From positions 14,673-78,672 of IMG/VR virus record IMGVR_UViG_3300009177_000032: a stretch of DNA of 64,000 bases; one strand, 5' to 3'. The notes under the pieces were generated by a model, which had not been told where the DNA came from, searched no databases, and saw nothing but the letters and a program-made list of their open reading frames with translations. This document shows, piece after piece, positions 1-7,632 of this stretch (position 1 is the stretch's first letter; each line of letters starts with the position of its first letter). Origin of the DNA: a virus. Made by a program: the position numbers and the translations under genes.

Positions 1-484
1 GCTCCCACGCAAACACATCGGTAATTCGCTGACTAAAAAATTCCGGCCTTTTGGTCACAAGCAGGAAGTCCAGATCTTTGCAGTCGTTGACGACCTGTAG
101 CGCGTCGGCAAGCCACTCGATTTTGACCTCTGGATCGAAAATGTCCATCAGGCTACCGAGGAACACGCGCGCGCGGTGAAGGGATCCCATCCTCCTGCAA
201 CCTGGGCACGAAGTTGAATTTTTGGCAGAACTTGGTAGCGCAAACGCTTTACCGCACCCATCGCATATCCATGGCCGCTTGTTCCACTTGTAAGGCGCGT
301 TGCGAGTCGCCTCGCTCGTCCGGTACCGCGGAGCTCCCTTGCCCCAGTGTTCGACCTTGTCCTGCATGTGCCGCTTGTCGCGCTCCGCGGCGTAGCAGTG
401 GGCGCACCCTGGGGAAACTTTGGTACAGCCGATCCATGGATTGTACGTGTAGTCACACCACTGGATAAAAGTTCTTCGGTTCAT
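1..484 (-). CDS. DUF5131 (phage Gp37/Gp68) family protein, truncated at left window edge
   Basis: Not in ORF track. ATG at 484 gives MNRRTFIQWCDYTYNPWIGCTKVSPGCAHCYA...RVFLGSLMDIFD...LLVTKRPE, which are the family's characteristic motifs (CxxxSxGCxxCYA, RVF.gS..D.F, TKRP). Confidence 0.85.
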   Translation of the reverse strand, partial: MNRRTFIQWCDYTYNPWIGCTKVSPGCAHCYAAERDKRHMQDKVEHWGKGAPRYRTSEATRNAPYKWNKRPWICDGCGKAFALPSSAKNSTSCPGCRRMGSLHRARVFLGSLMDIFDPEVKIEWLADALQVVNDCKDLDFLLVTKRPEFFSQRITDVFAWE

Positions 485-487
485 AAC

Positions 488-751
488 TCAGTTGCCGTGC
501 GCAATCTCCCGAGTCTCTTGAAGGTGCAGATTATACCCCGCGTTGAAGCCGGCCATGAACATCGCGTAGCGGAATGGATAATCCGGACAGTTATCAGCGT
601 CCCACCTGTTGAGTGATGCCGCTACAAACCAGCACTTGAGCGCCATCTTTGTCCGCTCAGCCGGCATCGCAAAATCGTCCATGGCCACTTTGATGACGTC
701 CTCAGGCGGATCGGGCACCTGGCTATGATGGATGTTGATGGGGACTCTCAT
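488..751 (-). CDS. hypothetical protein
   Basis: 87-aa ORF, tightly packed co-directional gene. Confidence 0.55.
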   Translation of the reverse strand: MRVPINIHHSQVPDPPEDVIKVAMDDFAMPAERTKMALKCWFVAASLNRWDADNCPDYPFRYAMFMAGFNAGYNLHLQETREIAHGN

Positions 752-927
752 TGTCTTAGCATCTCCGCCCGCCGCTCGCCCATGATCTGGTTTTTGACGT
801 GCTGGTCCGCGAGCTCCCGCGCCGTCTGGTCAAACGCCCTGTAGCTGCTCCGCCAGTTGCGATACTGGTCTGGCGTGTTGTTGAAAAAGGCGTAACGGTC
901 ATTTTTCTTTCGGGTTTTTATTTTCAT
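748..927 (-). CDS. hypothetical protein
   Basis: ATG at 927 (MKIKTRKK...); stop overlaps next start. Confidence 0.45.
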   Translation of the reverse strand: MKIKTRKKNDRYAFFNNTPDQYRNWRSSYRAFDQTARELADQHVKNQIMGERRAEMLRQ

Positions 928-1318
928 TGAGGTTGAGCTCCGCTGCCACTGCCTCAGGGCTCTTTGAGGATTTTTCGGCAAGCATGTTGCCGCACACGTG
1001 CTTCATGTGCTCGGTCGCGTTCCGGTCGTAGCTGACGTTCCCGATAACCAATGGCTGATACTTGCCAGGGCTGTGCTGAGTCGCTATCCCGATCATTACG
1101 ACAAGGTTGGACCCAAACAGAATTTTCACGCGCTCCCAAAAGGTGAATTCTCGGAACCATTCGAAGGCAAACTCCGACCGCCAGACCGTGGGGACCGGTC
1201 GCTCGGTGATCTTCGGCGGAGGCTTGATCTTCCCCTCCTCGAATGCCTTGAGCAGGTCCGGCGGTTGATACCCGCTTTTGTCCTCGGTGTACTTCGCGCC
1301 TGGGGTTCGCTTAAACAC
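899..1318 (-). CDS. hypothetical protein
   Basis: 139-aa ORF, operonic overlap with neighbours. Confidence 0.6.
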   Translation of the reverse strand: MFKRTPGAKYTEDKSGYQPPDLLKAFEEGKIKPPPKITERPVPTVWRSEFAFEWFREFTFWERVKILFGSNLVVMIGIATQHSPGKYQPLVIGNVSYDRNATEHMKHVCGNMLAEKSSKSPEAVAAELNLNENKNPKEK

Positions 1319-1763
1319 TGCCGTCCTCCTCCTGATTGGCCTGGACCTTGTCGGAAATCATCGGCAGGTCGTAGACCCCGACCGGCTCGTTCCTGAAACG
1401 GGATTGCTCGAGCAGCTTCTTGGCTACTACCTCGGTCACGGGCGAAATACAGTAAATCGAGGATGCCCCGTAAAATCGCGTGTATGGCTGCTGGCCGTTC
1501 ACTGCAGGAACGTCAACACGCAGAAACGCCCCGCCGGCTATGGTCTGCTCGGTAATTCGCCCGACGATCTGTTGACGGCCCATGATTTCGACCAGCGCCC
1601 AAAAGTCGAGCGGAGCGGAAGGCTCTGGCGCGCTTCCTTCTGGTACCTGCCAAACCCACATGGTTTTACACTTGGGGCATCCTAAATGCCCTGGCCTCAC
1701 TACCTCTTTTGGCGTCGACTCATCGCCGCACTCCGGGCATCGCTCTTTGACTAAATCACTCAT
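1311..1763 (-). CDS. conserved phage hypothetical protein with N-terminal Zn-ribbon
   Basis: CPEC...CPKC plus the WALVEIMGRQQIVGRITEQTIAGGAFLRVDVP...TRFYGASSIY motif seen in many phage proteins. Confidence 0.7.
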   Translation of the reverse strand: MSDLVKERCPECGDESTPKEVVRPGHLGCPKCKTMWVWQVPEGSAPEPSAPLDFWALVEIMGRQQIVGRITEQTIAGGAFLRVDVPAVNGQQPYTRFYGASSIYCISPVTEVVAKKLLEQSRFRNEPVGVYDLPMISDKVQANQEEDGSV

Positions 1764-2059
1764 AGCACCCCCAAAATGTCATCAACATGGCACAACCTGT
1801 AGTACTCGATCCCTTTGTCCGACAGCCGCTCGAGCGACTCGAAGCCCACGTCCGGCATCAGGATTCTGTCTCCGACGCCTACGGGGATATCCCGCTCGCG
1901 CATTGCCATCGCGGATTTGCCATCGCCGACAAGCACAACCTGGCCGGTCTGGTGTTCATACTGACGCTGGTCGGGTAGCTCGAGCGTCGACTCAATCGGG
2001 TCGAGCTTCACGAGCACCCGCTGCCCGAATAACTTCGTTGGAATTGCCTTTAATCTCAT
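1760..2059 (-). CDS. groES: co-chaperonin GroES/Cpn10-like protein
   Basis: 99 aa; LFGQRVLVK...LP...TGQVVLVGDG...VGVGDRIL...DDILGVL matches the Cpn10 pattern. Confidence 0.8.
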   Translation of the reverse strand: MRLKAIPTKLFGQRVLVKLDPIESTLELPDQRQYEHQTGQVVLVGDGKSAMAMRERDIPVGVGDRILMPDVGFESLERLSDKGIEYYRLCHVDDILGVL

Positions 2060-2501
2060 GGTGTTTATTCAGTTTGGCCCCTTGCAGTTGCTGACGATGC
2101 AGTTCGATATGGCGGGCGCGAGTTACCAACTCGAAATTTGATAAGCTGTCATGCAGAGCGTTACCGTCGGCATGGTGAACAATCCAGCCTTTTGGGATAG
2201 GTCCGTTTGCCTGCTCCCATAGCCAGGTTGCGTATGGCTGCCAGTTGAATTGAGCGACTGGACCGTTGGCAACTTTTATCCATCGCCGAAGTATGCCATT
2301 CTTGTCCCGCCTAAACGTGGTGTCGCCTACGGCTAATGTTCCCTTTCGCCTGTGCCCTCTTTGAAATGAGGTTTTGTTTGCCCTCGACCACCCACGTGTT
2401 CCTTTGTTCCAAGGCTCTTGACCGGGCGCGAATGACGTGCTGTTTGGACCCGCTCCCGCGGCAAATTTGTTTCCCTTGAGGTAGGAGTTATCTCTGTTCA
2501 T
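1992..2501 (-). CDS. HNH endonuclease
   Basis: WEQANGPIPKGWIVHHADGNALHDSLSNFELVTRARH; N-terminal F.PG..PWNKG repeats typical of phage HNH_3 proteins. Confidence 0.85.
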   Translation of the reverse strand: MNRDNSYLKGNKFAAGAGPNSTSFAPGQEPWNKGTRGWSRANKTSFQRGHRRKGTLAVGDTTFRRDKNGILRRWIKVANGPVAQFNWQPYATWLWEQANGPIPKGWIVHHADGNALHDSLSNFELVTRARHIELHRQQLQGAKLNKHHEIKGNSNEVIRAAGAREARPD

Positions 2502-3814
2502 CGAGCCAAAATGGTTAGAGCGCCCTGCGCATCGTTTGCATCCGACGCCTTAATGTAATCTTCGCTGATATCGATGGACGTGCATCCTCGTCCGAGCTCA
2601 ACGCATGCCCTGGCTGTCACCATTGTGCCGCCAAAGGGATCCAGCACCAAGCAAGGCTTTGACTCCCGGTCGCATGTGCATCCAGGGTCCCACCTGAGCG
2701 TTTTTCTCTCGCGCATGCCCGCCAGGATCCGCCGCTTCACGTCGCTCGCGTTCTGGACCTTGTTGCCGTCGTAATCCTTCTTTGCCTGGCCCTCGTAATT
2801 GCCGAGCATGTCGCCGCCGCATTGGCGTTGATGCTCAATGTCGGGCTCTCCCAATTCGACGATCCGCCGGCGAGGAGCTCCGCACTCCATACAGCAACCT
2901 CCCTCGGAGGTGCACGCCTCGATTAGCGGCCGTACTATCGATTTTGGGTAGCTCGCGAAATGGTTGATCGTAGTCCCCTTCGGGTTGACTACCAGGGCCA
3001 GCGGGTCGCCGTCCTCATCGCCGAGGAGCCCCTCCCACGACTGCATGAACAAATCCGTATTACGGAAATTACGGCGCGTGACCAGATAATCGCTTGTTGC
3101 ATCCTGGAAGGAAGGGTTTTGCTTTACCCCGATTTGAGCCAGGGCGGCCTTGGGATTGGTCCGGCGCCTCCGTCGGTTATTGTCGTGAGTCTGTCGAGTC
3201 GGGAAAACTGCCGCGCGTGGGTGAGTGTTGTCTGACGCCCGGACCGTAACCGCGTCCCGGTCGTAGTAGTAGTATCGGCCTTTTGTGAACATGAAAAAGT
3301 ACTCGAGCGCGTTGACGGGTCGGTCCTTAACGCTCTCCGGCATGCAATTTCGTTTGATCCATGGGCACATCGAGCGGAGGATCCACCCGCCTTGCTGCAA
3401 ATCCATGGCAACCCTCTGCGGCAGTAGGAGCATTTCCTTAGGCTTCAGTCCAAGGGGGTCGGCTGGCCGGAACACGCCATTTGACGGGTGATCCTCGTCT
3501 CGGCCAAGGCGGGATCCCTCGGGATCATACATGCGTCTGGTGCCGGCGGTGTACCGGTCGCCCAGGTTGATCCACAAAACGCCATCGTCACGGAGTACCC
3601 GCCACACCTCGGTAAAGACTTCCCGAATGTGGAGAATATAAAGCTCGAGGGTTTTCTCAGTTCCGATTTCCTTGCTCTTGTCGGGGTGCCCCGCCGGCAG
3701 GTATGAGCGCAAACCCCAGTAGGGCGGGCTCGTGACGCAAAGGTGAAAGGACTTTTCGGGGAGCGTCTTTAGGACGGCCCTGGCATCGCCCTGAATTTTT
3801 TGAGGGATGATCAC
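2498..3814 (-). CDS. DNA methyltransferase, N4C/N6A beta class
   Basis: TSPPY catalytic motif at N-terminus, HFASYP, C-terminal VLDPFGGT SAM-binding motif; Cys-rich insertion (CCMEC...CTC). Confidence 0.9.
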   Translation of the reverse strand: MIIPQKIQGDARAVLKTLPEKSFHLCVTSPPYWGLRSYLPAGHPDKSKEIGTEKTLELYILHIREVFTEVWRVLRDDGVLWINLGDRYTAGTRRMYDPEGSRLGRDEDHPSNGVFRPADPLGLKPKEMLLLPQRVAMDLQQGGWILRSMCPWIKRNCMPESVKDRPVNALEYFFMFTKGRYYYYDRDAVTVRASDNTHPRAAVFPTRQTHDNNRRRRRTNPKAALAQIGVKQNPSFQDATSDYLVTRRNFRNTDLFMQSWEGLLGDEDGDPLALVVNPKGTTINHFASYPKSIVRPLIEACTSEGGCCMECGAPRRRIVELGEPDIEHQRQCGGDMLGNYEGQAKKDYDGNKVQNASDVKRRILAGMRERKTLRWDPGCTCDRESKPCLVLDPFGGTMVTARACVELGRGCTSIDISEDYIKASDANDAQGALTILAR

Positions 3815-3820
3815 GATGCT

Positions 3821-4024
3821 TTACGTCAGTAACCTGCTGTAAAACCTGTGGCGCCGATAATCAGTAGCACAGCGGATCGCGCCACGGGCGCATCGTTGGC
3901 CGCAGTCCACACAGATCGGCCTTTTCTTCAGCCTCTGCTTAATCTGGCTGAGGACTTTGAACAGCTTCCAGTTCCTCCGCTTGTGAGCGACGACCATGGC
4001 TTCTTTGACTTGGGCTAGAGTCAT
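3821..4024 (-). CDS. small Cys-containing hypothetical protein
   Basis: 67 aa, CVDC...C...C. Confidence 0.5.
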   Translation of the reverse strand: MTLAQVKEAMVVAHKRRNWKLFKVLSQIKQRLKKRPICVDCGQRCARGAIRCATDYRRHRFYSRLLT

Positions 4025-4402
4025 TTAGTCGTCCGTTCCAGGCAGATGCTTGCGAAAACCCTCAGGCGCAAATGAGGTGCCGATATACCGAAAGAATCGA
4101 GAGCCATATCCTGGCGCCGTGCCCTGCATCTGCATTGGACTGGTACCGAGGTGCACGAAGTTATGCCAGTGGATGAGGTCGTCGCTGTATTGCAAGGTCC
4201 ACACAGCGGGGGTGTTAGTTGGGTAACGCAGCTCTGGCAAGTTTTTGTGCACCGGGCCGTTTGTGATGTTGGCAGCGTTGAGCGGGCTGAACAGGAGTTT
4301 AGGCACCGGCGGAGGTGCGGCTGGACGTGACGCGACTGCTGCTGGCTTTTGTCCAGCACACGCAGACAGCAACAGTAGGAGGATGCAATCAAACTTTCTC
4401 AT
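4025..4402 (-). CDS. putative lipoprotein
   Basis: MRKFDCILLLLLSAC lipobox, Pro-rich linker, C-terminal WTLQYSDDLIHW...SRFFRY motif. Confidence 0.7.
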   Translation of the reverse strand: MRKFDCILLLLLSACAGQKPAAVASRPAAPPPVPKLLFSPLNAANITNGPVHKNLPELRYPTNTPAVWTLQYSDDLIHWHNFVHLGTSPMQMQGTAPGYGSRFFRYIGTSFAPEGFRKHLPGTDD

Positions 4403-4650
4403 TCTCTGGCCCTAGCGCCTGGCAAGGCGGGCGGGGATGACTGCAATCGCCACTGCAACACCCCATTGGTGCCGCTGTCAGAGCGTTTGATCAAGGTCAG
4501 ATTTGTGCACAGCATGACTTCTGCAACGTAGGTGTTGGTTTCGATGACGGCCCGCATGCGAAAGTAATTGCTGCCATTCTCACGCTTGAAGTCTGACGTG
4601 TTAACCCAGTTGGTTACGATCAGGGTGATCAGGAAAAGGTTGGTGTTCAT
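4399..4650 (-). CDS. hypothetical protein with hydrophobic N-terminus
   Basis: ATG 4650 (MNTNLFLITLIVTNW...), Thr/Asn-rich; overlaps both neighbours by ATGA. Confidence 0.55.
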   Translation of the reverse strand: MNTNLFLITLIVTNWVNTSDFKRENGSNYFRMRAVIETNTYVAEVMLCTNLTLIKRSDSGTNGVLQWRLQSSPPALPGARARE

Positions 4651-4844
4651 TGGTAGCCTCCCGCCTCTTGTTCGAGCGTGGCAATCGTTCGCATCAACTC
4701 CATTGTGGTGCATGGATAATTACTGAGCATTTGCGACAACTCGACTCGGTGCGCGTTGGCGATGCGCTCCAGGTTGCATTCCTTGATTGGTCGATGAGCG
4801 CAGCCAGTTGAGGCAGTGAGGAGGAGTATGATTAGTTTGTTCAT
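4647..4844 (-). CDS. small putative lipoprotein
   Basis: MNKLIILLLTASTGC lipobox-like signal. Confidence 0.55.
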   Translation of the reverse strand: MNKLIILLLTASTGCAHRPIKECNLERIANAHRVELSQMLSNYPCTTMELMRTIATLEQEAGGYQ

Positions 4845-4854
4845 CGGTTGACGA

Positions 4855-5094
4855 TCAGTCGGTTGGGTTCACTCCGTAAATTATGGAGGGGTTGAATTTA
4901 CGGGAGCAGCCAAACGGTCTGCCGATCAGGGTTGAAATGGTTTGGCAGGTGCTGCACGGGCGCTCGCTCCATTGGTGAGGGTCGGCCTCTATCAGTTCTA
5001 GCGCGGTTTGGCACATTAAGCGAGCGGCAGCGCGTATTGTAGATTCAAGGACCTTCTCGCTTTCCAGCGACGGGGAGTGATTCTCGTTTGCCAT
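4855..5094 (-). CDS. MANEN cassette 4 protein (CxxC)
   Basis: 79 aa, starts MANENHSP; DPHQWSERPCSTC motif. Confidence 0.75.
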   Translation of the reverse strand: MANENHSPSLESEKVLESTIRAAARLMCQTALELIEADPHQWSERPCSTCQTISTLIGRPFGCSRKFNPSIIYGVNPTD

Positions 5095-5101
5095 AGGTCA
5101 G

Positions 5102-5464
5102 TCAGGTGGCGAGCGCGGTGCAGGCTATCTTTCTAACTTCCGTTAATCTCGCTCGCAAATCAACCAGACCAAACACTCGAAACGCTGCATCGTCGTTTCC
5201 GAGTTGGTCGCATTGCCTCAGAGCCTCAGCGAGTCGCTCACAGAACACACAGGAAAATTGTTCGCAGCCTTGCGCCACATGCTCATTGTCAACTGGTGGT
5301 GCTTTTGTGGGATCATGGCGTCCTGCGATCTTCTGACGTATTTCCTCAATGCCATTCCAGAGGTCTCGCCAGTCCTCAACCGTCCAGTCTTTAGCATCTA
5401 TCGGGATTTTGGATTTCATCTCTTTGATCGTGCAAAATTGGTTGAATTGTTCCGATTCACTCAT
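5102..5464 (-). CDS. MANEN cassette 3 main ORF
   Basis: MSESEQF... starts in ATGA overlap with the stop of mini-ORF MANENQPPLRKNCYS* (5461-5508). Confidence 0.7.
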   Translation of the reverse strand: MSESEQFNQFCTIKEMKSKIPIDAKDWTVEDWRDLWNGIEEIRQKIAGRHDPTKAPPVDNEHVAQGCEQFSCVFCERLAEALRQCDQLGNDDAAFRVFGLVDLRARLTEVRKIACTALAT

Positions 5465-5516
5465 GAGTAGCAATTCTTTCTTAGAGGGGGTTGATTCTCG
5501 TTTGCCATAGGTTTAG

Positions 5517-5771
5517 TCAGTTGATAATAACGTAGGCGTCCAGCCATTCGAGCGGTGGATCGCCTTCAAAATTCACCCGGCCATCTATGGAAAGCGTGGC
5601 AATTTCAGGACACTGAAGGTCCTTGTTATCATCACAGGCGGGGCCGAGTATCGCCTCTCTCGTTGCTTTAGCGCGGTCCGCCAGATTGTCGAACACTCGG
5701 ATGACGGGACTGCCTCCCGCTTCGGCGTGTTCAATTAGGACGTATTTCAGGGGGTGATTCTCGTTTGCCAT
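5517..5771 (-). CDS. MANEN cassette 2 protein
   Basis: 84 aa, starts MANENHP. Confidence 0.75.
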   Translation of the reverse strand: MANENHPLKYVLIEHAEAGGSPVIRVFDNLADRAKATREAILGPACDDNKDLQCPEIATLSIDGRVNFEGDPPLEWLDAYVIIN

Positions 5772-5778
5772 AGGTCAG

Positions 5779-6033
5779 TCAGTCCTTTCCACCAGCCGCA
5801 TGAAACTCGTTCCACCATGTATTCAATCGGCAGCTCAGGTTTCCCACTTCTCCATTGGTGATATCAATACTCTCGCGCAACGGGGCTAGAATTTTTTCCG
5901 CTGATCGCAATTCAACGCGCCATGTCTCTAGGCGTTTTTCAGCGTCTTTTTTTCGGGCAATAAGTTCCTGCAACGTGTCACCGTTACGGCAGGCGAAAGT
6001 GTTTTTATTCGGGGGTTTATTCTCGTTTGCCAT
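5779..6033 (-). CDS. MANEN cassette 1 protein (coiled coil)
   Basis: 84 aa, starts MANENKPP. Confidence 0.75.
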   Translation of the reverse strand: MANENKPPNKNTFACRNGDTLQELIARKKDAEKRLETWRVELRSAEKILAPLRESIDITNGEVGNLSCRLNTWWNEFHAAGGKD

Positions 6034-6035
6034 AA

Positions 6036-6509
6036 TTAAAACGGAGGTGGCCCCGTTACAGTCGCTCTATTGTTATCGTTGCCCCCTCTTGACCGGGAGC
6101 GCACAGCTCGCTTTTTACTACCAGTTCCCGGAAGGAGGTCCAACAATCGTCGCACGGCAGTAACGTAGCAATCCGCGAGCGTGGACAAGCAGCCATCCGG
6201 ATCTCGACGCCGATAGTCTGAAAAACGGAGCGTAATTGTGACTCGATAAGGGATATAGCCTTTTTCATCCACTCCATGTGCTCCGGCAGCGTGATCGGCC
6301 TGGCCATCGCTTTTAGGCCCCGCTTGCGATACCAGATCTCCCCTTTGTAGGCCATCACTGTGGCGCTCTTGCTGTCGATCCACGCAAACGCCCGCTTGCC
6401 CGTCTTGAAGGATGGGATCGGGCCGATGCCCTTTAGCTCGAGGATGATTGGGGGCATAGGGCACTCCGTCGATCCAAACAATTCCGCTTGTGTCTTTGTC
6501 ATAGGGCAT
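6036..6509 (-). CDS. RusA-like protein, frame B (central catalytic segment), overlapping frame A
   Basis: YRVTITLRFSDYRRRDPDGCLSTLADC resembles the RusA V.I.....RrD.DN..K...D.L core. Confidence 0.5.
   Translation of the reverse strand: MPYDKDTSGIVWIDGVPYAPNHPRAKGHRPDPILQDGQAGVCVDRQQERHSDGLQRGDLVSQAGPKSDGQADHAAGAHGVDEKGYIPYRVTITLRFSDYRRRDPDGCLSTLADCYVTAVRRLLDLLPGTGSKKRAVRSRSRGGNDNNRATVTGPPPF
6056..6502 (-). CDS. RusA-like Holliday junction resolvase, frame A (N- and C-terminal parts)
   Basis: ILELKGIGPIPSFK.. N-terminal strand/loop and C-terminal DD.W...ELVVK......EGATITIERL typical of RusA; lacks the central catalytic segment. Confidence 0.6.
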   Translation of the reverse strand: MTKTQAELFGSTECPMPPIILELKGIGPIPSFKTGKRAFAWIDSKSATVMAYKGEIWYRKRGLKAMARPITLPEHMEWMKKAISLIESQLRSVFQTIGVEIRMAACPRSRIATLLPCDDCWTSFRELVVKSELCAPGQEGATITIERL

Positions 6510-6512
6510 GGC

Positions 6513-7106
6513 TTAACCTGCGCCCATGGCCCTCAAGCCGGACTCATAGGCAGTTTTGAGCTTAATGAATTCCTCGTGCGTCCCGCCAGCGTCAGGGTGA
6601 AGCCTTTTCGAGAGCTGCCGGTAAGACTCCTGCAGTGTCGTGATGTTGATCTCGTTTGGGTCCCGAAAGCCGAACACCTTCCACCACTCCCGCACCTCCG
6701 GCGCAGTCGCCCCGGCCGGCAACTGCTTAAACCCGGTGAACATCGCCTTGATCATGTGCTTGGCTCCCCATCGTTCCATCCCGCGCATTGCCTCGACCGT
6801 CAACGCTATTGCCTGGATGTTGTGAGCGATTCTGTTCCAGCGGTCGCAAGGGATGGCCATTTGCGTATTGTCCCACTCGAAGTAGGCGCAAACGCCCGGA
6901 TCTTTCGGGTTGTCCTGGCCGAGCGCGGCATTGCTCGAGAGCACGATGCTTTTCGCGCCCATGCGTGCGAGCTCGCGCTTGAGGTTATTGAGGGCGCCTT
7001 GAGTGTCCGTCTTGAAGCTGCCCGATTCCCTGCGGAACGGGTCAGTCTTTGGCCAGCCCGGAGGCCATGCTAGAGGATAGGCGGTCGGTGTTTGGATCGT
7101 GCTCAT
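6513..7106 (-). CDS. J-domain (DnaJ-like) protein
   Basis: C-terminal YRQLSKRLHPDAGG with HPD motif; N-terminal AYPLAWPPGW and CDRW...N..AI..T..A.R...RWG of the phage J-protein family. Confidence 0.9.
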   Translation of the reverse strand: MSTIQTPTAYPLAWPPGWPKTDPFRRESGSFKTDTQGALNNLKRELARMGAKSIVLSSNAALGQDNPKDPGVCAYFEWDNTQMAIPCDRWNRIAHNIQAIALTVEAMRGMERWGAKHMIKAMFTGFKQLPAGATAPEVREWWKVFGFRDPNEINITTLQESYRQLSKRLHPDAGGTHEEFIKLKTAYESGLRAMGAG

Positions 7107-7632
7107 TGGGATGGTAGTTAGTTATGCGAAAACTGAGTTTCCGCCCGTTCCTGTAACCGTAAGGATAGAAGGCCACACCCAACGCCTTTACCAGCGTCAG
7201 ATCGTTTTGCGGTACGTCGAGGACTACATAGAGGTGATCGCCTTTGTCCTCGTAAACGACCTTGATAAGCCGGTCGTAAATGAGATTCAGGAATTCACGT
7301 ATCATCGTCGTGAGCTCTCCGCCGCCTTCCCATTGCCGGTTTGGCTGAAATGGTTTTCGCTCTGGCTCTGCCTCGCCGCGGAAACTCTCTCGAATCTCGA
7401 CCTTGACCTCGATGCCAATTCGCCGGCCCATGCGCTCGGCTACCTGGCGGATCGCCATGATGGTTTTGCCCTGCTTACCGATCATGATTCTCAGGTCCTG
7501 GGTTTCGGGCTCGACTGTGACCTCGAGGAGGTTCGTCGCGAAACGCTCTTTGAAGTTGATCCTATCGGGAGTCGACGAGTAAGACCGGAACAGGGAGATA
7601 AGAACCTTCGTTATCGGGTGTTTTTCGTGCAT
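7042..7632 (-). CDS. KhpA-like KH-domain RNA-binding protein
   Basis: EVTVEPETQDLRIMIGKQGKTIMAIR..V.VEI is the type II KH GxxG loop as in KhpA; C-terminal half looks like a second degenerate KH. Confidence 0.75.
   Translation of the reverse strand: MHEKHPITKVLISLFRSYSSTPDRINFKERFATNLLEVTVEPETQDLRIMIGKQGKTIMAIRQVAERMGRRIGIEVKVEIRESFRGEAEPERKPFQPNRQWEGGGELTTMIREFLNLIYDRLIKVVYEDKGDHLYVVLDVPQNDLTLVKALGVAFYPYGYRNGRKLSFRITNYHPNEHDPNTDRLSSSMASGLAKD

Larger units (their letters stand above)
5077..6034. repeat. four dispersed direct repeats at gene junctions (minus-strand consensus CTGACTGACCT-ATGGCAAACGAGAAT-mAm-CCCC)
   Basis: gtgattctcgtttgccataggtcagtcag is identical at 5077-5105 and 5754-5782; variant at 5492-5520; half copy at 6019-6034. 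Confidence 0.95.

Noticed and set aside
4021-4392. 123-aa Cys/Thr-rich ORF overlapping the lipoprotein gene
   Set aside because: Alternative-frame by-product with no motif; the lipobox frame explains the region.
5077-6034. MANEN junction repeats as a CRISPR array or integron attC sites
   Set aside because: Spacers are 230-385 nt protein-coding genes, the repeats are not palindromic, and no cas genes or attC-type inverted boxes are visible.
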